A stretch of DNA of 64,000 bases from NCBI GenBank assembly GCA_964057225.1, contig OZ059899.1, positions 16,802,001-16,866,000 on the forward strand, given 5' to 3'. Position numbers and translations under genes: made by a program. This document shows positions 12,901-26,120 of the stretch, piece after piece; within the stretch, counting starts at the first letter, position 1, and every line of letters begins with the position of its first letter. Origin of the DNA: Auanema rhodensis. Its lineage: Eukaryota; Animalia; Nematoda. The notes under the pieces are model-generated. The model ran no database searches. It was not told the origin of the DNA and was given only the letters and a program-made list of their open reading frames with translations.

Positions 12901-15900
12901 GAGAACATTCAAATTGTGTTTTTTGGTGTAAAACTCCCAAGGTTCTTCAAAAACAGCCCTTCGATCTTCAGCATATAGCTGTTGCCAATATAAACTACTT
13001 TGAACACATTCGTTACTCCGATTAAAGCAGAAGCACTCGGTACATCCTAGTGGATTAGATACATCAATGCTAAACGTATGTTCTCTACAGCTATCGCATT
13101 TTTCTCCAACAACATTTTTCTGAAAGCACAAAACAAACAATTAATATTTGTTTTCAATAATCGACAAACCTTGCATGGACATTGTCCTGCATCATCACAT
13201 AAGCATAGTCCATTACTACATTGCGTCGGATCTGTTCCATTTTCATTGCATTTGCACGGTTCGCAGTTAGGGAAGTTAAAGAAACCATGAGTACACCGAT
13301 CACACTTGAGCCCAACATAACCTTCTTTGCATGTACACTACAAATGAAATTTCAGCTAAGATGAAATCAAAACTAAAATTTACCTGTCCTGTTGTAGCAT
13401 CACAGGTTCCAGAATCGTTTGATCCAATAGAACTACAATCACATTTCGTACACCCGCTTAATGGATGATAGTTCCATGAATCATCAGTACATGCTTCGCA
13501 TATATCTCCTATAGTATTTGGAGGACAAATACAGTCACCTGTTTCGGAATCACAAACTTGTCCAGGAGCAGGACAAGGCTCACATTCTGAAATTAATGTT
13601 GATAATACAATTCTTCTAATATTTCTAGTGCATTACATATAATATATTTACAAATCTAACCTTTACAACCGTCCAAGTCCATACCATAGTGGTTGGCCAA
13701 GCATTTATCGCATTTGATTCCAGTAACTCCCGGTTTACAATCACATTGTCCGGTAACAATGTTACATTCTTTTCCACGAGATCCTGTTTCATCACATTCA
13801 CATGGTTGGCATCCTTCTCCACTAGTTATATTGTAAAAGCCATCTTCACATTTTTCGCACATTTTTCCGTCGACATTGTCCCGGCACTCACATTTTCCCG
13901 AGATAGTATCACACTAAAATGTTTTTTTTTTCAAAACAAAGCTCATTTTATGATATCCTACTTTTCCATCTTCAATTGAACCATAAATGTCACAATGACA
14001 AAATTGACATCCTTCTGAAGTCAAATTGAAATAAGATGGTCGACATTGATCACAATGCTTAAAAGTTTTATTAAGAAACCTATATCTTTCATTTATTTCC
14101 TACTTTTCCAAATACTCCTTGTTTACAATCACATTGTCCACTAACAGAATCACATTCCATTCCGTTACTTCCAGTTTCATCACAATTACATTTCGGACAA
14201 TCGTTTTCAACATCCCCATGCCCTTCCTAAAAGTAAAAAAATATATAAAATATTGAAAAAATTCAGTTAGCTACCATGCATCGATCACAATGTTTCCCAA
14301 AATAATTTTCTTTACATTGACATTCTCCAGTTTCCAAATCACATTGTTGAATAACAGAACCAACATGATGACAGTTACATGCTTTACAAGTGTGTTCCAA
14401 TGCTTTTCCCCAATGATTTTCTTTACATAGCTCACAATGCTCTCCAACTGTATTTCCAATACATTTGAGACATATTCCAGAAATCGAATCACAATTTCCA
14501 ATAGCCATTAAATCAATATTATCATTACAAATACATTCAATGCATGTTCCATTAACAGCCGTAGGATCACCAAAATATCCATCAGCACATCTAAAATTTT
14601 AAAACTAAAGTATCACAAGCCTAATAAAACTTACACTTCGCATTTATTTCCTTCATAGCCTTTTTCACAAGCTGTACAAACATAATCGTCTTCGTTTGAA
14701 GCAGCAGTACCAGATACTACCAGTTGTGTCATCATGCATTCGGGAGAACGATTATTTTCTTGAGATGGGCATTCACACTGATGGCATGATCCTACTTCAC
14801 CTCCCAAGGAAGGATTGCCATAGTATCCCGATATGCACATTTCACAACGAGCACCGACTGTGTTATGCTATAACATGTTATCGTTAACTCAATTAGTATC
14901 AATAGTTTAATTCAAAACTAACTTCACAGTTAATGCAATGCCCAGTAAATGGATCGCATGTATCAGAATGGCCATTACAATCACATTTCTCGCATCTTCC
15001 TCCATAAAGTTGATTATTAACTCGTCTAAAACCGGGTGCACATGACTATAAATATATTTTGAACAAATAAGATAAAAGAACTTGAATACTTCACAACTAT
15101 TTCCCACAAAGTTCTCTGGGCAACTACAAACTTCTACGCCTCTCATGGAAAAATCTGTGATTGCCGGAACCAACACGTTTTCCTCATCTTCGTCTTCATC
15201 GGACTGAGGTACAGCTGTATCTAATGATAAGCCAAAAATTCTAAAAAATACTATTCTTAGTTGAACATAAATGTTAAACTTACGAGCTCTGAACTTGGTT
15301 TTGCTGATACATGGATCGAATCATGAATTTTTCAACATCAGCCAATGCTCTCATCATATCAGCCTTGTCAACAGCCGTACGTGAAGCTGAATTGTACCAA
15401 CCTGAGCCTTCTCTGAATCAAATTGTATTATGAAGTAGGATGAAACAACTTTTCACAAACCTGATAGGAATTTGAACAGTCATATTCTCACGTGGGAAAA
15501 ATTCCATACGTGAATAATATTCAAGCTTGATTCCATTACCCTGAGAAAAAGTGAAAAATAAAAAAATGAAAAAATTTTCAAGAAAAACCTCAATTATTAA
15601 ATCTGCTATTGGTACTGGATTCCCTTGATCTTGAGGTACATAATAAACATAATACAGAAGATTTCCTCCATAGCTGTTCAACATGTTGCCACTAAAACTC
15701 TCAGGAGCTTTCCAATAATAAAGTGAACGGTCCCGACTTTGATTGGCATTGAACATTAAAACTTCGCCATTTTCATTTTCTGGTTTCACTTCTTTACCCC
15801 CGGTTAAATCAGTTAAGTTCCATCCCACATTATTTGATATCTAGAGTTGAAGCATGAAATTATTTGTATGTAACTCAAATCAAGAAGTTGATCAAGCTAA

Positions 15901-18148
15901 TATAAAGCTCATAACTAACCACGGCTCTCATCCAATTGACTTGTGTACAATTGTTCGTCATTCCAAAGCAAAAGCATGGTTGGCATCCCTGCGGATTAGC
16001 AGCTGATAAATGAATTGTTCCTGATTTACATCGGTCACAATAAACACCTTCTACGTTTGCTTTACATTGGCAACTACATTGTTATTATAAGTTATCATCT
16101 GTTATTGCTTATAATAAAAGCAAACTCACTTGGCTTCTTCACACTGATCATAGTTAACAGATCCAGCTTGGTTGCATGGACATGGTTCACAATTTGGATA
16201 GTTTCGATAACCTCTTGCACAACGTTCACAACGGCGTCCTCCGAAGCCAGGCTTACAGACACAATAACCAGGTTGCTGAAAACATATTCTCGTTAAAAAT
16301 ATATATATTTATTTTGATGTTGATCATTTGTTTATATTTATTACCTGTCCATTAATAGCGGATTGGTCATCACGGATGCAAACATCACTAACTGATCCGA
16401 TAAGATCACAATCACAAGGCCGGCAGGCATCCTCTCTTGAAAAATTATTATTTTCTATATAAATTCATATAGTTATCCTACCTATAGTGGGAAAGACCAC
16501 TCGGTCTATAATAACCGTCAATACATCGTTCGCAATTAAAACCAACAGTGTTATGCTAAAATTAAAATAACACAAGATTTGTGGATATCAACAACCTTGC
16601 AGTCGACGCAACGCCCTCCACCCTCAAAAACGCCTTCTGGAGTGATAGACCACTTATTTTGATCGAGTTCTTCATCATAAACGCAAGCTTCAGCATGGTT
16701 AAAACATTGACATTCTGAAACATTTAAAATTATACAACTCTTAAAAGCTAAAACAACTAACGTTGACAAATATTAGGATGACTGTTTGTTCCAGCTTTCC
16801 AAGGCAATTGGTTAAATAAAGGGCAACAGCGATTACAAGATTCTCCACAGGTATTATGACGACATTCACATTTGAATTGCTAAATACAAGAAACATAACA
16901 GCCTATTGAAGTTCAGAAAAACATACACCAGTAACAGGATCACTTGGACAACTCTCAGCATGACCATAACATATGCATTGACCACCAATAGAAATATCAG
17001 AAATAGAATAGAAATATCTAAATATATACTATTACTTTCTAAAATTCTCTGATTTATTAAAACCTCATTGTAACAGATTTATCAATTCGATGTGAATGTC
17101 TATTGATAATCATTAAATCCGCATGTAATGTTCGAGGAGAAATTAAACGAAGTCGGACAAATCGAGCACGAGTGAATTTCTAAATGAAATTTCTATATAT
17201 ATTCAGGGTATGGAATAAAATTTTACTTGTAGCTCGAGGGATGGCTTCTCTACACCGGGCCTTCCATTAACCAGTGAAGTATGAATTTCACCTCCTTCTA
17301 ATGGTGTTAGTTTTGAATATTCACTAGTACAATGAACCTTAATAGTTTCAAACTAATATCATATTTTTTCAAAAATTTTACCTCATCATCTCTTTGATAT
17401 CTAGGAACGCCAGAAGTTGCAGGTACCCCAAATTGCCTCATGCATTCTGCCTCAGAAATCGCATAATATTGCCATGGTATATAGTCCACTCCATTCAATG
17501 ACTTTTCCAAAACCCAAGTACCTGGTCTTGGTGAGTTACCCATTTTTACGATTACATAAGCAACTTGATATTCCTGTCTTAAGTCAATTGTGATATTCAC
17601 TTTTTCGAATGCAAGACCATTAGCAAGAGAAGGGGATTGCCACCATCTATAGAAATAACAAATATACATTACAATATCATTTTATATGATTTACCTTCTA
17701 GTCCCATCAATGGCGAATTCAACTGGATGCCTATGCCGAACATCATTGGCATCACAAATATCACACTGGGGAGAGCTATAACAACAATTGCAAAGAAAAT
17801 ATCAAAATATTCATAAAACTTGTTGTTTTTATGAACTTACTCTTCTTGATAAGTTTTTCTTAATAAGACATGCTCCACCAATTTGCAATATTCTTCACGA
17901 TGAGCTTGTCCACATGTTGATGTTGCATTAATTAATGAATTGGTAGCTAAGTTAAAAATACTGGGAAATAATCCTCGTTCTAAAAATAAAAAATAAAGTA
18001 CTAATTGAAAACTATTTGGTTAATTACCACTTTCAGTTGTTATAAATTCTTGGAATTGATCATAATCTGATTGATCTGATTGACATGAGCCTAATGCCAT
18101 TAGGCATAATATCCCAATAAGCCAGACCCGAAGGTCTGGAGATGCCAT
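6988..18148 (-). CDS. lam-3: Laminin alpha chain (alpha1/2 type), multi-exon; 3' end (LG5) not in the window
   Basis: ATG at 18148 and signal peptide [24 protein letters not shown] domain [32 protein letters not shown] (alpha1/2 signature) and [11 protein letters not shown]. Also LE (EGF) repeats, two L4 domains, a coiled coil and LG1-LG4 (last exon ..[19 protein letters not shown]). The introns I traced are GT-AG. Confidence 0.93.
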
Positions 18149-18505
18149 TAAAATAATTTCTATAAATGACACATATCAGAAAATATTTAAGAGAATAAAG
18201 GATATGAATAATAGAAAAACTATAGAAATATAAGAAATCTGGATTGTATTAAACTTTTCAAAACTAAACTTTGTTATTCATACATATTCACAAGTAAGTT
18301 GATGAGATTCACGAAAAAATAACTAAATTGTTTTAAATAATTTTATATATGAAAATTTGGATAAAATAGAACGTTAGTTCAATTAACATAATATCATTAG
18401 GCAACTTATGTTGCAAACATTATCAGATAAGGACATCTCCATCTAGTTCATGGTCTCTCCTTTTTCCACTTTTCTTATCCGTTCCTGGATAATACATGTC
18501 TTTTC

Positions 18506-18507
<2 letters not shown>

Positions 18508-18541
<34 letters not shown>
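18508..18541. repeat. (AT)n microsatellite
   Basis: Uninterrupted TA dinucleotide run upstream of lam-3. Confidence 0.9.
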
Positions 18542-18545
<4 letters not shown>

Positions 18546-20585
18546 AAATTATTATTTAAGTAGATATAAACAACTTGAATCATATATAATATTATATTAG
18601 TAAGTATATAGAACGTATATAATATTTCAAAAAATAAGAAAATATGAAAAAAATTTGATGAGAAGTAAGAAGTGAGAAGTGAGAAGAGTATAGAAGCGTC
18701 TACTTTTGAGCATTCGATATCAGTTTTTTTATATTTATATATTGTTATACCCAATAGAAAATATGCCATAAGCTAGGACACTGCATATGTCCTCTCATAC
18801 AAAAGCAAACAAGAGATACATCACCCTTACGAGATAAATGCAAATAACATACATATGTACTTCACCTAATAAAAAAAGAAATCAATTTTTATGGATAATT
18901 AGATCTTGAAAAGAAAAGTTTGTAGTATTTTTTATTCATAAGATATGAACAGTTTATGAGAATTAATATTGTTGAAAGTGTGGAAGATAGATTTTCAAAT
19001 AATGAATATCTGACTTAATAATATTCATTCATGAACAGTAAATTATAGTAGAGAGATGTAAAATACATTTAGATTATAATATAATTTAGATATTTCTCAT
19101 AAGTAATGAATGACCTTCATATTCATTATTAGAATAATTAATGTAAAGTGAAACTGTGAACATTGTTGTAATAATTGTTCAAAACTTCATATGTATATGA
19201 CAACATAGTATATATGGTATAACATATGCAGTCAGAAAGTTAAGAAAAGCGAACAATCAGAATGACAAGGCATGAATACGAATGACTAATATAGTAAATG
19301 CCATCCTAACCTTCTTATAAACATAGAAAGAGATAGAGAGATTAGAAATAGTACTATGTAAAGAGGATGAAACATAAGTAAATGAGACTATTTTGTGTAC
19401 AAAAATGACCATAGTAGGCTTTGGAGAGGTATAACTGTTTATATAGTATATAATAAATATAATGCTAAATAAGAGGGCAACAGACATATTAGAACGAGAG
19501 TATAGGAATAATTAGAGAGTAAGACAGTACATAAGAAAGGTCAAGGAATGTTGGTTTTGACCGCAATGCCCTAGCTTGTAGAGTATGCCAACGACGTGAA
19601 CACATAATTATTATCAAGAGAATGCGTTTGATTCTCTTATATATAGTAGATTTATATTATAATCAAGTTCTGAGAAGAACTTTATATTTCAAAAATTCAA
19701 CTAGGAAGAACATTATTTAAAGTTTTACAAATATTTTTCATTAAACTTTAGATGCAAAATAGTTTGGACCATGCTAAATCTAGTAAAATACAAAAATGAC
19801 AAAGTTAAAACATATGAAATCTAGTTTGAAGTTTTATATTCCAAAGGTTGAAAAAACGTCTTTGACGGATATGAAGTTCACTATAAAAGTTATTTTCTTA
19901 TCATATGAACTTATCACGATAAGGTGAAAGAAAGTGGGTTATTTTTTTTGGAGAAAATTTTTTTTAAAGAATTTTCAAAATTTTGGAAAAGATAAGATTA
20001 AACTAATAATTTATTAAAAATTCTTCTTTCTTCTTTTTTACATTATTATACTTTTTTCATTGTAATTATGAATTAACTATATCTTCATATAATTTCATAT
20101 ATATTATTTATGTATTATAATTTTTTCAGTCTTGGAAATATCGATTTTCAAATCTTGATCAGCAGTTATTTCAATCAACTACCGAGAGCCGAACACCTGT
20201 TGCCAAGCTCCGCCCACACAAATATGCACCAGATGGGCATTTGAGAAAACATCGTGCGCCCATTGCCTATAACGGCTGTTGTGAAGACTGATGTTTAAGA
20301 AATGTAATGAAAGTCAATGTCTCTGAAGTACTTTTTTCTCAATTATTTCACTATTGATTGTGAAATCTTCTCATATTAATTTGGATATTGTACTAGTAAT
20401 CTGAATATAAAATGAATTTAATGATTTTTTTTCTAATGCTTAGTCACTTCATCTGTTTTCTATTTGAATAAAAACTTCGCTGATTTTCTGTCGATTTGTA
20501 ATATCGGAAGCGGTATTTTCTTCTAAAATATTTGTGAAATGATAATTTTTGAAAAATTGACTTACGAACTCACCTTTAGAGACTT

Positions 20586-22622
20586 ATGACTAAATCAAAA
20601 TCGAAAGATCCTCATTTGAGCGAACCTATTATGGAAACACAGATAAAATTATTACCAAGAATATCCTTATTTAGTGCTTGTGGCATTATAGTAGGTGTTA
20701 TTGTTGGATCAGGAATATTTGTGTCTCCGAAAGGTAATAATTAAAATATAAAATATTCTTTACAAAATAATTTAGGTGTCCTAATAGAAACTGGAAGTGC
20801 CGGGTTAGCTTTAGCTGTTTGGCTTCTTTCTGGTATTTTTGCCATGATTGGTGCTATATGTTACGCTGAGTTAGGAACTACTATTCCTAAAAGTGGAGGA
20901 GATTACGCCTATATTTTCGAAGTGAGATTATTTATTTAAGCCATATTTTATCATTAATTTACTACAGGCTTTCGGTCCGTTGCCGTCTTTTCTGTTTTTG
21001 TGGATGGCATTGATGATTATAAATCCTACTTCAAATGCTATAATTGCTCTTACTTTTGCTAATTATGCTCTAAAGCCTTTTTTTCCTAGTTGTGTCGTAC
21101 CGGAATTGCCTATCAAACTGTTAGCTGCTTGTACTATAGGTGAAATTTCTAAGCTATTTTTCTTTATTAATTTTAATTTAGCCATTTTAACTTTCGTGAA
21201 TAGTTATAATGTGAAAATGGCGACGTGCACAAACAATATTTTCTCAGTCACAAAAGTGTTTGCTTTGGTAATTATTATCACCACAGGAATTGCTTGGCTC
21301 TTCGTTGGTTAGTAAATGTTCTATTAGATGGCAAAATAGTTGAACCTTGAAATATTTCTTTATGATAATAAGCCAAAACTACATTTTTCTTTAGGCAACA
21401 CTGATAATTTTGAATTCCCTGATGTCATGGAGGGATCTAGGTATCAACCTTCATCGTTGTCTCTAGCTTTTTATTCGGGTGTTTTTTCTTTTGCTGGATG
21501 GAGTTACCTGAATTTTGTTACCGAAGAACTAATTGAGCCATTTAAGTAATAATATTAATTATTGAAAAAAATAATATAGTTTCTTTTAAAATCAAATTAT
21601 TTCAGAAATTTACCTCGTGCTATTTACATATCGATCCCAGTAGTTACACTCATTTATGTTCTTGTTAATGTGGCATATTTTGCAGTTCTTTCTGTGGATG
21701 AAGTTCAAACTTTCTTTACTATTTTTCTTTCAAGTTATTTATTCTAGATATTAGAATCTGATGCTGTAGCTGTATTGTTTGCTGAGCGTGTGATGGGTAG
21801 ATTTGCTCCTGTTATGCCTCTTTTCGTAGCCTGCTCTTGCATCGGAGGTCTAAATGGAATAATTTTTACATCAGCAAGAATGTTTTTTGCTGGAGCAAGG
21901 TAAGATGGAAATGTGATTAGCTTTCTTTCCGTAAAAATGATAAGTGTCTTTAAATATTTTAAATAGAAACAAATAATACCATAATAGTGGGCGTTATAAA
22001 TATAATACTAATTACCGTATTGTAGGGATGGCCAACTGCCCGAATTACTTTCTATGATATCAATAAAATATGTAACACCGATGCCTTCTTTATTGTTTTT
22101 AGGAGGTTCTTTAGATAATATATACCATTTAATTATTTTTTTTTAGTTTTATCGATTGCAATGCTTTTTTCTGCCGATGTTTTTGTGCTGATTAATTATT
22201 TGGCTTTTGCTGAATCACTGGTAGTCGCTGTATCAGTTGCCGGTTTAATTAAAATGAGAATAACGCAACCTAACATAACCAGACCAATCAAGGTATTTAA
22301 CTGCTTTTTTTCTTCAAATTGTATATATTTTTCAGTTTCCTTTAATAATCCCTATTGTTTTTCTTATCATGTGCATATTTCTTCTAGTCTTACCCTTATT
22401 TAACAAACCTTATGAATTATTTGTCGGAATTGGAATAGTTCTATCTGGAATCCCAGTTTATTTGCTTTTCGTTTTTAATAAAACAAGGCCTGACTTTATC
22501 AACAAATTGTGGAGTAAGTCGTTTCATGCAATTTCTTTAATTACAGTATATTTTCAGTTGGCTTTACTCATCTCATTCAAAAGATACTTTATTGTGTACC
22601 TGAAGAATCGCATAATGATTAA
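20586..22622 (+). CDS. aat-2: Heteromeric amino-acid transporter light chain (SLC7/LAT family), multi-exon
   Basis: Spliced translation [67 protein letters not shown].., [22 protein letters not shown], ending CVPEESHND*. The N-terminus resembles C. elegans AAT-2 as I recall it. Confidence 0.88.
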
Positions 22623-23786
22623 CAACACTTCAGAGTTTAAAAGGAATCTCAACTAATATTTTTTGCATAATTTTTTTTGTTTGATCTTTCAAAAAACTTG
22701 CAAATCTGTGCGTAAATTAATATTCTGTTATTGTGAGTCTTACATGACTCTCCTGTTGTTATTTTTTAAGAAAAATATTAATCTTTGTATGTAAAGACTG
22801 AGTTGTTGATTTTTAAGAGAAGTTGTTACGATGTTGGAAACTTTCAGGAAAACCTATTAAAACTTCTATAATAAATAATGAACTTCTTTTATAATATAAA
22901 GTCGATATCTAGCGAGTTGAGCCGAGTTTAGTTATAAAAGCCGGAATGATTAACGGCCCATAGCTAAAGGAAATCAAATTATCTAAATGATGTTCATCGC
23001 TAGCAAAGTGGTAAGATTTGACACAGCAAGCTTTTGCGAGCTTTAGAATCTCCAAATTCTTTTCACAATTCCAGCTCTGAAATCTTATCTTGTTAATAAT
23101 TATTAGAAAATAACAGATTAAAACAGCAAATTTTTGCTCCAAAAAAATAGCTCCTCCTATTTCTTCCTTTTAAAAAAATTTAATTTAGCGTTAGCGTTTA
23201 GTTTTCCTTTTCTTCCATTTTCTCCAAAGCAATATAGGATCAGGTATACGTTCGGTTGTTTTCTCGTTTGGTTTGGCTCAAAATATTGTTTTCAATTAAA
23301 GAAAAACTTATTTTTACTTGGGATTTTCTCTAATCTTTTGAATAACATATGTATCCAGCTTTATATATGCATCAGAATACATTGACGTGAATCATTATTC
23401 AATAACGGCTCAAGTCTATAACAAACTCGTGCTCTTTATCCTTTTGTGCCTCTGGGCCCTCTCTTGATTATGCACATTTTCTATTGATGGAAGAGAACTC
23501 GCTGGCTTCACTAGTTCAGGGACCATATTTTGGCCGTTTCAGAAGTTTTCGGCTCTCGTGCTCATATTACTCAATTTGTCCTCGCATTTACTCATTTTCT
23601 ATACTAAATTGATAAAAATAGTTTTAAATTTATAGTTGTTGTATAAGGTTAATTGTTTTTTAAATAGTTATATGATATTTAGAATAATTTATAATTTTGA
23701 AAATCAATTTATCTTCTACTCTTAATTCTAATATTAACTAATCGATAAGTTATGAAAAACTGTTTACAGATTATTAATATTTTTCA

Positions 23787-26079
23787 ATGAAATTCCTACT
23801 TCTTTTCTCATTTATGGTTCATGTGGATAGCTATAAAATAGGTTTTTCTATTTATATTTCTATATTTTTTCTTTTTTTTCTTAGGAGCTATTCTAAGAGA
23901 AGTAGAAGATGCTCACATAGCTGCTGCTATACAATATACTTGTGAATGGTTAAATCAGAGAGGAATATATGGAAATATCGAGTATTTAATAGAGTATATA
24001 CCAACCCTAGATCACTATGAAGCTTTAAAAAAAAGTTTTTTCGTTTGCTGGAAAAGAATTATTTAAAAAATTTGTTTTTAGCATGCTCAATGGTTGAGAA
24101 AGATAAAATAATTGGCATCATAGGTAGCTCACATGCTGTATTGAATTCGCAACTAGAGCGTTTAACAGATCAAGTTGATATTTTGAATAAAAACAAAGTT
24201 TATTCTACAATTCTAGTTGGATATACCTCTGCTGTCCGTCATTGACGATATGGAACCTTCACAGGGAAAGACAAAAGTCGATTTTTTCCCCCGATCTCAG
24301 CTTTTTGAAGCAACAGTTGACCTATTTCGGCATTGGAAATGGCACAAAATCACAATCGTCTATGAAGAAGATGCACGTAAGTTCTAACAAACTGTTTATT
24401 CAACCGCTGAATGATTTTTCTTTTTCTTTTTTAAATTAAATTTTTAGGAATACGGAGACTTGAACCATTACTTGAAAGCGATACTTATTCAAGTATAAGG
24501 TTCCGTCTAGTTAAAGTTCAAAATAAGAATTATATGAAAGCTGCAAAAGAGGTTAATAAAACAGAAAAATATATAATTATAATGTTTTATAGGTGAAAGA
24601 TTTGGAAGAATGTAGTTTTCAAACACGTAAAGATTGTAGTGAATTTAGTCGCGTTCTATTAGATTTAAATCCCGAAAATACCTACAATTTTCTTTTAGCA
24701 GTAATATACTGTTCTTTATTTCTTTTTTTAATAAGTCTATTAATTCAGGCACTACAGATGGGTTTAATTGATTTGAAACACTGGTTTTTACTGACAAATA
24801 TGGTATCTGACTTTAAATAATTCATCTTTGTAGTGTAAACATTATTATAGGAATTATCTACAATGGATATGGAATTATTTCGATTTAATCATGCTCGTTA
24901 TATTTCTCCATATCCTGTTGATGGAAATTTCATCATTGAAAATCGACACATTTTTAACTTTTCGCATTTTAAAGATCATATTCGATCAAGATGGAATGCT
25001 AAAACAGGGAATAGTAAGAATCTACGTTTGGTCAGTGCTTTTGAGACTTTATAAATTGAATTACATAGAGCCTAACTTGTGTAGATTGAGTCTGTTTTAA
25101 CATTTGATGCTGTTTACGCCTTAGCTAATGTATTTACTGAAGCTTCAACTCGACAACAAATGAATGATATACCTCAGGTTGAATTCTATTTTGATCCTTG
25201 TTATATGTATTCAGAAAAAAAAACATTTTATAGACAGCTTGTAAGCGAGCCACTAAAAAGTCTAAACCTTATCATCATGGGAAAACACTTATCCAAGGAT
25301 TACAAAATAATGTAAATTCACTAAAACATATTTATAATTAATTATAATTTTATAGAACTTACGTGGTGTTACTGGTGATTTGAGAAGATTGAATAGGGAT
25401 TCTAAAACAAGCAATTTCTCTATGAGAATACATTTGCTAGGATACAGTGGTCGATTGGACGATGTGAGTACATACATATCTTTATTATTCAAAATGTATT
25501 TTATTTAGATTGGATTCTGGGAGCCAGCTACAGATGTACATGTTAATATGTCTGGAGATTCACGAGCTCAGCTTCAAAAGAATGTCCAGGTGTTACAACT
25601 TTTGAGTAATATAATCATTTGTGGTATTACTTCAGGTATCCGACGAACTGAAACCACACTTTCGAGTCACAACTATTCTGGAAAGACCGTACGTGATGTT
25701 GAAGAAAAATCATTATGAACTTGAAGGAAACGCAAAATTCGAAGGTTTTTGTATTGACTTGCTAGCTGAACTGTCGAAAGATCTTGGTAGATGATAGGAA
25801 AAATAATGCTCAGTTACAATAAGGATTACAGGTTTTACTTATACAATTCATGCTGTCAAAGATGGAAAGTATGGCAATGATGTACATGGAAATGGGACGT
25901 GGGATGGAATGATTGGAGAGATATTACGAGGAGTAAGTTATTATACAAAGTTGAAGATAATTCATACATCTATTAAGGAAGCTGAGATGGCTGTAGCTCC
26001 ACTGACAGTTAACTTTCGCAGGACAGAAGTTGTGGATTTTACAAAACCATTTTTATCTTTGGGTATAAGTATTTTATAT

Positions 26080-26120
<41 letters not shown>

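Noticed and set aside
9346-16296. Plus-strand ORFs overlapping lam-3
   Set aside because: Antisense shadows of coding exons with no recognisable motifs.
18443-19487. Hydrophobic Ile/Tyr/Phe-rich ORFs (also at 29849, 30371, 34309, 36688)
   Set aside because: By-products of AT-rich and (AT)n sequence; no splice structure or homology evident.
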